Source: Camelus dromedarius (taxonomy: Eukaryota). Taken from it: a stretch of 64,000 bases of DNA. Location of the stretch: assembly GCF_036321535.1 (NCBI RefSeq), contig NC_087437.1, forward strand, positions 109,680,001-109,744,000. Direction: 5' to 3'. The notes beneath the pieces were generated by a model. That model was not told the DNA's origin and did no database searches. It saw nothing but the letters and a program-made list of their open reading frames with translations. A program made the position numbers and the translations under genes. Below are positions 1 through 10,834 of the stretch, in pieces. Positions within the stretch are counted from its first letter, which is position 1, and the number at the start of each line of letters is the position of its first letter.

Positions 1-32
1 CTCTCGTTATGCATTTAATCAGCCAACCTTAC

Positions 33-679
33 CTTTCCTGTAATGCTCATCAGTGACACGATCTTATTAGGAATAAGACATTCAGTTGTCTTTTAAATTC
101 ACATTTTTTGTCTTCTTCATTAGCAATTACATTTCTGAATGTGAACTACATTTCAGATATATACTCTACAATTCACACTGCAGAGAGAGAACTTCATAAT
201 TTTTCCATTTCAGTAGAAATGGTCATCACCACTAATTTACAAAAGAAGATACTCCTCAGGCATATCTATTATTGATGCAAGTTGATCAAGGGTAAAGTAG
301 TAATTTTTAAACAAATACTAAAGGTTTATGTGACATCAGAATCTTGAAATAAAGCACAAATAAAGTGGATTAGAGCTTTTACTATCAACCAGGATTTTTT
401 TATTTTTTTGCACTTTACTCTAAATTGTCCATTATAGATGTTGCAAATATTTTGTTATTTTTTAACAGTTGCCTGAAAGAAGTGTTTCCCATCTTCCTTG
501 TCCTTCCTCTTTCTTCTGTCTCAGCCTTCTTTATATTTTCTTGTATGATACTCTTTTCTAAGTTCCAAGAAGTCACTGTCCAATTTAAATCACTGCAGTG
601 CTGCTTTATTCCACGAGAGGGCACTCAAATGGCTTTCTTTGTCTGGTTCTCTGCTTTCTCAGTTGTTTACTACATTTGA
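33..679 (-). pseudogene. Candidate decayed exon (647 nt) of an unidentified minus-strand gene
   Basis: Acceptor ttgttctacag|TC at 679 and donor GGAAAG|gtaagg at 33. Purine-rich and non-repetitive; protein-like stretches (EKSIIQENIKKAETEERG; NYYFTLDQLASIIDMPEEYLLL) lie in different frames with stops. Confidence 0.4.
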
Positions 680-1687
680 CTGTAGAACAAATTTATCCCT
701 AAATCCTCTACCGAAAACAAGATGATACACATACACATGCAACTAAAATTAAGTTCTTAGGGAAGGTGAATATTTATATGTTCTAGAAATAGGAAAATGG
801 AAAGGAAGAGACTGAGATACCCCAATATGACATCCATGGCAATTTCATGTGCTTCCTAGGAAAGGCTTTCAATATCCAGTAAATGTGATTCCTGAAAAGG
901 AGGCAAGGCACATGGAAAAGCTTATATGTTCTGCATTGATCAAATACCGATGATATTTGATAATTTCCAAACTAAATAGAACAGGTAAAATCTTTTTTTT
1001 TTCTCTTTCTTTCTTTCTTTCTTTTTGAAATAAAGCTGAAAAAATTAATTCACGTGGGTAAATGTCTGAGATGATTATGGGTAGAGAGAGATTATGAAAA
1101 ACAACACCTGAGTTTTGCCAGAATAACGAGAGAGAAGATGTTAAGGAAATATTTGCTTTGCTGACATTAGGGTGACAGAAACATAAAGAAATGACTCACT
1201 GTTATTCTATTTTAAATCACAGCATAGTGCTACCACTGCAAAGTGTTTGAGCAAGCTGTAGTGCACCAAAGATGATCAAAGCTGTCTGTGTCTAGAGGTC
1301 AGACCCATGTGAGGAGCAGATGTGGGGTGGCGAGATGAGCAGTGATGGGGTGAGACATGCACTATTCAGTCATCCCGGAGAGTCCGTGTATTATTCTGAC
1401 TTTATGGAAATTTTCCTGTTCTGCCTATAAGAGATCAAACAAGACTAGGAGTATCTTTAGAAAGGACCTTGCCTGAGTTGAAGATAACCAGGATTGACTA
1501 TTAGAAGAAAGATGTCTCTTTTGAGCGAATATTGTAGAAGGGAGAGGGACTCTGGGTGTCAAGGCCCAGAATTTCTATCGTAATTTTTATATTCTACCCA
1601 ACGAACCATCTGCCACGAGGTCAGTCGCTTTTCCTGAATTCTGAATCAATTCTGGTAGCCCTAGAGTCAACTGTTTGATAGCTCTGT

Positions 1688-1706
1688 AACCACCAGGGGG
1701 CAAAGG
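1688..1706 (+). promoter_or_regulatory. CTCF-binding motif
   Basis: aaCCACCAGGGGGCAaag closely matches the CTCF core CCACCAGGGGGCGC; outside recognisable repeats. Confidence 0.6.
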
Positions 1707-2226
1707 GCAGTGTCACGATCTCAACAAGATCGTTACACAAAGCAGATGCAATTTTTAGATTTTGTTTATTAGATATTAGGTTATTTTATTTTATTCTATT
1801 TTAGGCCATTGTCTTGGTTGATAGTCATTGGACAGTGGCTTTCTAAAACAATTGTCTTAATTATTACCATTGGTAGTTCTCGAATAATCAGCTATTATTT
1901 CAATACAGATGATTATTTTTCCAAATAGAGACAATTAGTGAAAGATCAAAATCACCCATGCCTGAGTGAGTCAGAAATAACTGCAATCTGATAGATGCTT
2001 TGGAAATGTAATATTTGTTAATTAAAAAAATTTTAAAAAACCCTTAATATCCCCTTTGGGGCAATGGAATTGATACTTTTATTAACTTCTAATATAAATT
2101 TCTAAACAGGAAAAGAATAAGGAACCCATGAGAGTCTTATGAATAAGTCCAACTTACACTTTCTTTAAAATGTATGGGGAAAAATGATGAAAGACTATAC
2201 ATTTCCTTCCCCACACATTTTATTAC

Positions 2227-2501
2227 TTAGAATCCTAAAGACCTGGTTCATATCTGTTGTCAGTTATCTGTGCTCTCAGTTTGAGTCTTCCTAGCAGCGT
2301 CTGGGGGAGCAGAGAGAACCGAAGTGGTCTCCTTGGTGCCTGACCACCCTGCTATTGCAGGTTGGTGAATTCTGTGCATGAAGTCAAAACACAGAAGCCG
2401 ATTAGGAGATCTGCAGATATTGTATCTCCAGCTGTTTGAAGGACACATGGCATCACCCTGAGTCCCTTCATAACGTGGCACTTGGCTTATACGACAAATA
2501 T
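2227..2501 (-). pseudogene. Candidate decayed exon
   Basis: Acceptor ccatctttttccag|AT at 2501; donor CTAA|gtaata at 2227 (alternative CAG|gtcttt at 2243). GC higher than flanks; one frame open about 80 codons. Confidence 0.3.
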
Positions 2502-3856
2502 CTGGAAAAAGATGGCAATCAGAGCATATTTTAAAATCTCTGTATCTTTGGAGTCATCTTTAATACATTAACTATTTCTGAAACTAGTCAATGAAAGGGC
2601 AAAATAGCCCCCAGGACTTCTGTGTTGTGGATGGTGTGTGCATGCATGCCTGTATGCATGCATGTGTGTATCCAAAATAATTAGAATTTAGTAAAAACAC
2701 TACTATTCCATGATTATGTTTTTTTTCTTTCTTTTTAATGCCCTATATCTTTCCCTCAAAAAATTGAATGGACACCACTCAAGGATAAATGGGGGCTTAA
2801 TATTATCTCTATGCCTGCAAGGTCCATGTACCTTGAAAGAGAAGAAGTTAACCTTGGAGGTTAAGTTTACTTACAATTTGATGTCAGTATTGCTCCGTAA
2901 GAGCACAATTAATGGGGCAGGGGGGTGGGTGCAAGGGTTGTGGAGATGATCTACCGGGGAGCAAGGTTAATTTGAGTGTTGAAGGTTTTCAGCTTTAGAT
3001 AACTCATCTGAAATCATTTTTTACGGAGACTGGTATAGCTCTTCTTTTGTAGGGAGTCAACCATCACATCCAACTATCTCTCATTCAAATTCAAAACATG
3101 ACACCTGTCAAACACAAACTGTTTTTTTTTTTTCCAAATAAAAGAAGTCACATTAAGATGCTTGCTAATCTTAGAGATCTAAAGTATCTTCCATCACTTT
3201 GGATGAAAACACATGCATATTCCATTTCCAGATGAATAAAATGCAATTTAGCTATGCATAATCAACTGAACCCTGTACCTCCTTCTAATTTCTTAGTTGT
3301 TTATGTTTACAGGAAGCCATTCTCTTCAAGGACACATTTAATAAGGACGGTTTAGGAGGTTGCAGCAAAGCGCCGTGCAGAACAGGAATTGTGAGGGGAT
3401 TTCAATTTAGATACGTATTCAGTTGGGTCTGTGATTACGGAAGGTACCAGAAGGCAGCTCCCCTTACAAATCAAGCATAGACATTTGTTTCCTAGTCCTC
3501 TAGGTGTGGCTTTTGATTTATGAAGAAAGTATACTATGGATTTGCCTAGCACCCCATCAGGGAGCGGCTCTATTCCTCATCAAGGCAAAATTCACCACTG
3601 GGAAAAATACATATTTCTGTGTGCTTGAAAGAATGAATATTTTAGTTAGTTACCAGTACTAGCTTGGAGGATGTGGTGCATATGAACTATTCCAGTGTAA
3701 TCAGGATTGAAGCTTGTCAGAGCTTGAGAAATTTTGTTTTTTCTTTTTAATGTTACAGGTGGTTTAGATCTCTTATGAACACTTACATGTGAACTCCAGA
3801 AAGTCTTGAGAAACTACAGAAATTTTATGATAGATACAGGCAGATCCTTCACTCAC

Positions 3857-3947
3857 CGAGGACTCAGATACAGTCAGTATCAATGCACTATCAGTAATTA
3901 CAACGTGTAGGGAAACAATCTTTCCATAACATTGCATTCTCTACTTC
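3857..3947 (-). pseudogene. Candidate exon (91 nt)
   Basis: Acceptor atttggtttgcag|GA and consensus donor TCG|gtgagt; all three frames contain stops. Confidence 0.35.
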
Positions 3948-4302
3948 CTGCAAACCAAATCACAGACATATGCATTCAGTATTGAATTACTTTTGTAAAG
4001 TGCTTTCTTCTCTGACACACCATTTAGATTTTTCTTAACAGTGACAGCTTAACTGTTTTGAAATATTATTTTTATTGCTGCCTCATTCAGCTCTGTCAGC
4101 TATCAAAATATGTCCTTCTCACCCACCTCTGCTCTGTTATACTAGAATATTAGCCCCCGAGGGAACATCAATAAATTCTTCCTCCAGAATAGCAGGTATT
4201 TAAAGGCTCAACCACGAAGGAGAGAAAGCCCATGCAGGCAAAACCACACAGTAAGATCCTGTATTGAAGGAAGTTCCCATACTGTAAGGTCCCACTCACA
4301 CC

Positions 4303-4350
4303 GATTGATAGATAAATAGGTAGGTAGGTAGGTAGATAGATAGATAGATA
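4303..4350. repeat. (TAGG)n/(TAGA)n compound microsatellite
   Basis: taggtaggtaggtagatagatagatagata seen directly. Confidence 0.95.
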
Positions 4351-4498
4351 AAAATTAGAATCTATGAAACAAAGACTTTTTCAGGATTTGGCAACTTTTC
4401 CAAGGTGCCTGGCCAAGTACTTCTTAGAAGTAATGACTCAAAAGAATGGCATAGGCTGAGGCTGATGGAGGAAAAAGTGAGTAAAACAAAGCTAAAGC

Positions 4499-4830
4499 TA
4501 GTGTTTGCAAACTTTCATGTGAAGAAATCTGTGGGAGCCGTGTTAAAATGCAGGTTCTGACCGAGTTTGGGTGGGGAGGCCTGAGAGCCTGCATTTCTAA
4601 CAAGCTCCCAGGTGCTGCTGATGCTGGGGGTTCAAGGACCACACTGAGTAGCAGTTTTCAAATGTGGGTCAGAGGACTGGAGGAGTGTACCCTCAACCCT
4701 GGGGAATAAATAAAAATACAGATTCCTAGGCCCTGCCTTACATGATCCAAGTGAGTAGATCTTGATGAATCTGCATTTTTAAAACACTTCCCAGGAGACT
4801 CTGATACAGAGCTAGGTTTGCGGTCTGAAC
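4499..4830. mobile_element. Two adjacent MER5A/MER5A1-type hAT-Charlie elements
   Basis: MER5 motifs ttaaaatgcaggttct, ctgcatttctaacaagctcccaggtgctgctgatgctg, and aatctgcatttttaaaacacttcccaggagactctga. Confidence 0.8.
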
Positions 4831-5069
4831 GGGATAAGATTTTCTCCAGTGAGCAGCTGGCAAATGAGATGGCAGCTCATATGTCTGTAATTATAATCAA
4901 CTAACTGTTGAAAAACAGGGAGGGGGAGAATTAGGCTATACCTTCGAGATGAAAGGTTGAAGAACATGGGCTAGATGGAGAAGAGACACTATGAACTATC
5001 AGAAAAGGTCTCTGTCTTTGATAAGCTGAAGCTCTTAGCTCAGAAATAAAATAGTGTGAATTGAACCCG

Positions 5070-5248
5070 GTATATTCCAGGCACTTTATGTTCGTGTTCC
5101 CATTAAATCCTCACATCATCTTGAGAGGTAAGTAATGTTATCTTCATTTCACAGTTAAGGAACCAAGAAAAGGACTATTAAGTCAATTGCAAGAGGTCAT
5201 AAAACTGAGGAGAGGAGCATTGGGATAGGAACACAGGCTTCTCTGACA
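5070..5248 (-). mobile_element. MIR SINE
   Basis: aatcctcacatcatcttgagaggtaagtaatgttatcttcatttcacagttaaggaa is a reverse MIR core. Confidence 0.7.
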
Positions 5249-5833
5249 GTCATCTTGTGTTTGTGACCTGAGGTCCACGCAAGCTTTAAGACTGGTGAGC
5301 CAGGATGGTGCAAAGACAAAGTCAATATTTTTGAAACTTTGCAAATTGTCGATGTGTATTATTTCTGGTGCTCTATAACAGTAATGGTAAAAGGGTAAAA
5401 TCTTGAGAAATTGTTTACAAGCTGGTGTGAATGAATATATTTGGACATAAAAGGATTAAAGAGAAATACTCTCTGAGCTGCCTCAGCTTATTTGTGGTCA
5501 TGGTGGTGATAGCAGAAGTGTTTCATGGAACTCACGTGGTAGTTGAATGTCTTTCCCCCTCCCCTCCCCTCTGTGCAAGTCATGCATCTCTACATGGCTA
5601 CAGCTTGATAGAAAGAAATCAATGTAGCAGACAGCAGTCACCATGATAAAGCAAGACATTTAAAAGTATGCCCTTCTGACATCAACACGTAAGTCTGCAG
5701 GCATTTAGACGAGAACACCAAGAGAGCAATCCTCTCAGTAAACAAGGAAAGGCTTGGTATACAGTGATCCTTGAATACTAATATGCGTATTTCCTTTTTC
5801 CTTTTCTGGGGTTAAATATCATTGATTTTAATC

Positions 5834-6083
5834 TTTTTTTTTTATTGAGGTACAGTCAGTTTACAATGTTGTGTCAAGTTCTGGTGTACAGCACAATGCT
5901 TCAATCATACATGAATATACATATATTCATTTTCATATTCTTTTTCACTGTAAGCTACTATAAGATATTCAATATATTTCCCTGTTCTGTACAGTGTAAA
6001 TGTGTTTATCTATTTTATATATATCAATCAGTATCTGCAAATCTCGAACTCCCAGTTTTTCCCTTCCCACCCCTCTCTCCCCA
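5834..6083 (-). mobile_element. Young L1 3' end (artiodactyl, camelid-like)
   Basis: Poly-T followed by attgaggtacagtcagtttacaatgttgtgtcaagttctggtgtacagca...tatctgcaaatctcgaactccc. Confidence 0.85.
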
Positions 6084-6364
6084 ATATGCATATTGATTAA
6101 TAATTTTTTGTTGCAATTCTCAGTAAGAATCTCAGTATAAGTTAAGGAAGCCTTAGAACTCAGAAGTGGATCCTACTGGCTAGATGCTCATTCAGTCATC
6201 CAGTGGATGGTCCTCTTGGTTCTTTGATGTGATATAAGAGGAGAAAAAGATTTTTCTCTCTTATTCAGTGAGAGCTACATAAAACAACAATTTTTTAAAA
6301 ATCGTATTTTTCTTTTACTACATAGTTCATGCTTTTCATTACAAACTTGATTCAAAACTAAAGG

Positions 6365-6595
6365 TTAGTGGTGAGGAGTGTGGATTTTGGAGCCAGAATA
6401 TCTGCCTTTGAATCCCAGCTCCACCCCTCCCTAGCTGTGTGACCCAGAACACCGTACTTAGTCTCAGCTTTTCCATTTGGAAAATGTGCTTAAGAGTAGT
6501 AAGTTGAATTATGCTGTTGTGAGAATCAAATACGTTAATATCTGTAAAACATTTTGAACAGGGCCTGCCCATGGTATAAGTGGTGCGTAAAATGT
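6365..6595 (+). mobile_element. MIR SINE
   Basis: ttggagccaga...ttgaatcccagctccac...tagctgtgtgacc...ctcagcttttccatttggaaaatg...gttgtgagaatcaaat. Confidence 0.85.
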
Positions 6596-6734
6596 GAGAC
6601 ACCAGGAGAACAACTGGTGTGAAGCTGCCAGGCACCATCGTGCACAGGAAGGCAGTCCCTGCCCCGAGGGGTGTGTATAACTTTGAAAAATAGCTTCTGT
6701 TCCTTCCATAGCACCCGTATCATGGTTTGACAAC

Positions 6735-7743
6735 CTGAATAAATGCCATTTGCCCTTTGGATGTGAGTATTTAGGATATAGTAATAAGGAAATGTGCATT
6801 TTATAGCAAAAAGTGAAATATACTTTTATTTGGTAAGAGGCTATCTTTAGTGACAGAAGTGGGGTATTGGTGGGGGATGGAAGACACACTCGGAATTATG
6901 TTTCAGTAAAGCTTTAAGTTCTACCCAGCTGCCAACAAAATAATTGAACACAGAAGTGATTGATTCAACATGGATAGCATCGGTCCTTGTCTGAGCTAAC
7001 TCATTATTCCTGCCCATTTTATTTAGCATAGGCATTTTTTCTTGTAATACTGGTCTGTCTTGTAGGGTCCCCAAGAGCACACTGAATAAAATTTAAGTCA
7101 TGGTGACACTGACCCCTTTCTACTAGTCTTTGGAAAGTCTCAATATTCTCCTTGGAGAATAAGAATACAGATAACTGCCTATTTCAAAGACTTGCTGCAG
7201 AGATCAATTACTTACTGCTTTTGCAAGTGTCTCTGAAGATTAAGTGCTTTTCCAGGTGTTATTAGGCATCCTAGAAACATTCCCTTAAAACACTCAGACT
7301 CACAATGACCAGTTGTAAAATACATGAGCCTCAAATACACACAGGCCTTACCATCCTCTCCCATCTCTGGACACAATTATCTCCAAGATAACAATTCTTT
7401 GATTTATAGGTATGACCTGGAAAAACAGGGAAAAGCAGCCAATTGAAACCTTATTTAAACTTAGCCAGCACTAGTCATTCAACATAAAGCACTGGGCTCT
7501 GATGTTTAGCATCAAATGGAGAATAATCCTGTAATCTGATCCTCCAGTTTAAAACCTAATTTGTGAGATTGGATGTCAGAAGTACACGTTTCCACAATTG
7601 AAATGTCAAATCAGTGGTAGTAAAACATTTTTCTTCCTCAGATTATTTCTTAAATAAATCTTACGAGGAAGCTCAGTACTTAAAAGAGGCATACTTGTCG
7701 TGGTTCTGATTGGAGCAGTGGGGTTTGACACTGGGATTCCTAC
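6735..7743 (-). pseudogene. Cluster of three candidate exons (7665-7743, 7352-7416, 6735-7081)
   Basis: 7743 ttggcag| to 7665 |gtaaga; 7416 ttttccctgtttttccag| to 7352 |gtaagg; 7081 ttttattcag| to weak donor 6735. Frames join across the junctions. Confidence 0.4.
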
Positions 7744-7869
7744 CTGCCAACATCTCCATTTGAAAAAAACTCCAAAAAAGCACAATTTGAAAAACCACTG
7801 ATTTCATTAACAATTCAGGGCACTGCGGATGAAATGCTGTGATCTTGTAGAGGATTTCAGTAAACACTA

Positions 7870-9906
7870 TTGATTGCCTTCCCAACATCCATTATCCATC
7901 TTCCACCTCCTAACGGGGTCTAAGGTTCAGTTCCCCTTTCCTCCAGGTACCCGTCGCCTCTGGAGACCCTGCTCTACCTCTAATTCTAAAGAGTGATTCC
8001 TGATTGGCCCAGAGATTCTCAAACTGTTTGTCTCCAGATGCCTTTATACCCACAAAGATTGAGGACCCCAAAGAGCTCTTGGTTTATAGCTACCAAAATA
8101 TAACATAATAGAAATTAAAATTGAGAAATGTTGAAAATATTTATTAAATAGATTCATCAAATATTTATTTAAAATAACAAAATAAGGTCATTATCATTAC
8201 ATTAATATGAATAATATATTTTATAAAAATTGCTACATCTTCCAAAACAAAAACAATGAAAGAGTGGCATTGTTTCATATTTTTACAGGTCTCCTTAATG
8301 TTTGTCTTAATAGAGGAGAGCTAGATTCTCTCATCTGCCTTGCATTCAATTTGACATATTATGTTATCTTGTTCGAAGAATGTGAAAAAAAAAAACTGTC
8401 TATTTGATTGCTGGAAAGGAAAGCGTGTTTAATACCTTCTTCATATAATTGTGGGTATTCTTCTTTGATAAAACCAAAACTTAACAAGCAGTCATTTCTT
8501 AACAGTAGTGTTGTGGAATTTTAAAACATATTGGCAGACTTTTTGGTCCTGGTTAAATTAAATTCTTTGATTTATATGCACGAATAATGAATCCTTTACT
8601 GATGCACAGTTTAATAACAATATTCTCTGGTCATTTAGCAAATGTTGATTCAGCGAATTATGCAGATCTTCTAAATTTTGACACATTTCATTTTATAGTA
8701 TCAAAAAATCACATTTATTAACATCATCATCAATCTCATCAAAAGAGTCTTTAAGTGTCAGGAAACTGTACAGCTCATGGTAACAGAACATAATTTTCTC
8801 AAATTCCCATTTTTGCTTGGAAGCTCATTTTATCATTGGCAACAAATAGTGCCCGTTGTTTTCCTTAAAGTCACAGATTCAGTTTGTTCTTTTCCTAAAT
8901 AATATCTGAAATTACCCAACTCTGAATAATTACGATGTGTCCGTCAGATTTCATTCAAGGAAAAATGTTGTTCTATGGAAATAGTGGCTGATTCAGCTCA
9001 TAACTCAAACAACTGCGTTTAAAACTGTTCCTAAACATGAACACCATGCCTTGGGCCACAACAGGAGTGCCTTAACTATCCTGACCATTTTGTCACACAA
9101 GATAATACGGAAACATATACAAGTAAAAAGTCTTTTTGTTGAGATACAGTGGATGTAGAGAAATATAATAAATTAATAATTTTTACTGCTTCATCAAGGA
9201 CATTTTTAAGTGAAACAAACTCTTAACGTATTTGTCTAATTCTGTATGTCTATGTGGTGGTGAGGAATCCAGTGACTGCTGGTACAGTTTGGTGCCACTG
9301 CTTGATTGGTGTTAAGGCACCATCTGTTTATCCACTGTTGCCTTTGCATGATCAGTGCAAATTTCAACAACACGAAAAAGGCAAATAGCACTGCAATGTT
9401 TCTTGACATTAGTTTTCATTTTGCCAGGACCCTAAAAGAATCTGGGGGATAGCCAGGAGTCCGTAGGCCACACATTATGGACGGCTGGTCTAAGCTAATT
9501 TGTGAGCATCTTAGTCTCAGGCCAGTGATTGGTACAGAATTCAACTCTGGCCAGTGAGATATAAAAGACATATGCTTAGAGTATCCTCGAAAGGTCCCCT
9601 GGCTCATAGAAAGACATATTGGTAGAGGCAGCCCTCTCCTCCTTTTGGATTTTGTTACATCTTTATGTGGCATCTTGAACTGTGGCAGCCGCCTCACCAT
9701 GGAATCAACTGGGCTGTGAGGAGGTCATCGTAAACAGAATGACAGAGCTTAAAACACAGAAGGAACCTTGATCCTTGATAGTATGTGAAGTCACTGAAAT
9801 AAGTCACCCCAGAGCCATTCTGTCTCTGAACGTCTCGCTTTGGAATTTAGTGAATTTCCTTTTTGGTTTTCTCATCACTTGTAATCAGAACTATCTCAAT
9901 TAATAC
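7870..9906 (+). mobile_element. MLT1J/K-type MaLR LTR split by a Charlie1 insertion
   Basis: 5' part ends tgattggcc at 8009 and resumes gtctaagctaat at 9488; later aggaaccttgatccttgat and cacttgtaatcagaactatctcaattaatac terminus. Confidence 0.6.
8010..9487. mobile_element. Charlie1a-like hAT DNA transposon (about 1.5 kb, non-coding)
   Basis: CAG...CTG termini; gaggaccccaaagagctctt near the left end and gaccctaaaagaatctgggggatagccaggagtccgtaggccacac near the right end. Confidence 0.85.
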
Positions 9907-10230
9907 TAAGATACATTTTCTTATTTTGAATTTGGCTGGGGCCACATTATGAGTGAAAGAGGCATAATCCATTAACTAGCAAGGGGAAAATGTCAGGATT
10001 TATGTAATGCTCCCTTTACTGTTAGGCAAGAAAATAAATAAGTGATAGTTACAACATTCTGAAGTTTAAAAATGGAGCTTATTTGAGCAGATGGTCCTCC
10101 TTATAACATCCAGCTGGCTAGAGTTTCTTTAGAGGGCACCATGTTCTCTCTACTAAACAGATTAAATATGTCACAAGAACATCAGGGCAAAAATAAAAAT
10201 GACAAACCTATAAAATTAGGTTTCACTGAC

Positions 10231-10834
10231 CTAAGTCAGAGGTATTTAGGTGCCCCCTTTCTGAACATACTAAATACTTTTTCTACAAGGGAGTTAATTA
10301 ATAAAGTAAATGCAGTCATTTCCTGTGGTACTTTTTGTCGCGTGTTAAACTTGGATGCGGCCCAGGCAAACTGTGAAAAAAGAGCAAGTATGGGAATGCT
10401 AAAATGTGTTTTAGGTGAAAATATCATTTTAGCAAAAATGTTGTAGATCACAACTTCCCAACTGTCTGTCATTAGCCAGGAATTTATTTCAAATATTTAT
10501 CTAAAGTATCAGAGAAGCAAAACCATACCACAAATTATAAAACACATGATGACATTTTGAATTACCATTTTAGTATTGCTTCCATCTCTCAAGGAAAGAA
10601 GAGCAATCAGCAAACCATGTGACCAAACCTGCTTCCCATACGTTTTTTTCAGAAACCAGGATTACTACATGCAAATGAGACAGAAGATGCTTTTAAAATA
10701 ATCTTCAACTTTGTTATTAAAATGTGGCTCATCAAGTGTCATTACTAATTACCTAAAGATTTAATATGTGAATCACCCTTGAACATACTTTGTAGCTACA
10801 GGGTTCTAATTTTTTTTCCTTCTTTTTTTATTAC
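10231..10834 (-). pseudogene. Two candidate exons (10753-10834, 10231-10370)
   Basis: acatag|GTA..TTAG|gtaatt (VIKKEGKKIRTL*LQSMFKGDSHIKSL); ctctttttcacag|TTT..TTAG|gtcagt (FAWAASKFNTRQKVPQEMTAF...). Confidence 0.35.

Noticed and set aside
2632..2670. TGCATG cluster as an RBFOX splicing element
   Set aside because: Better explained as a decayed (TG/CATG)n microsatellite; no established exon to regulate.
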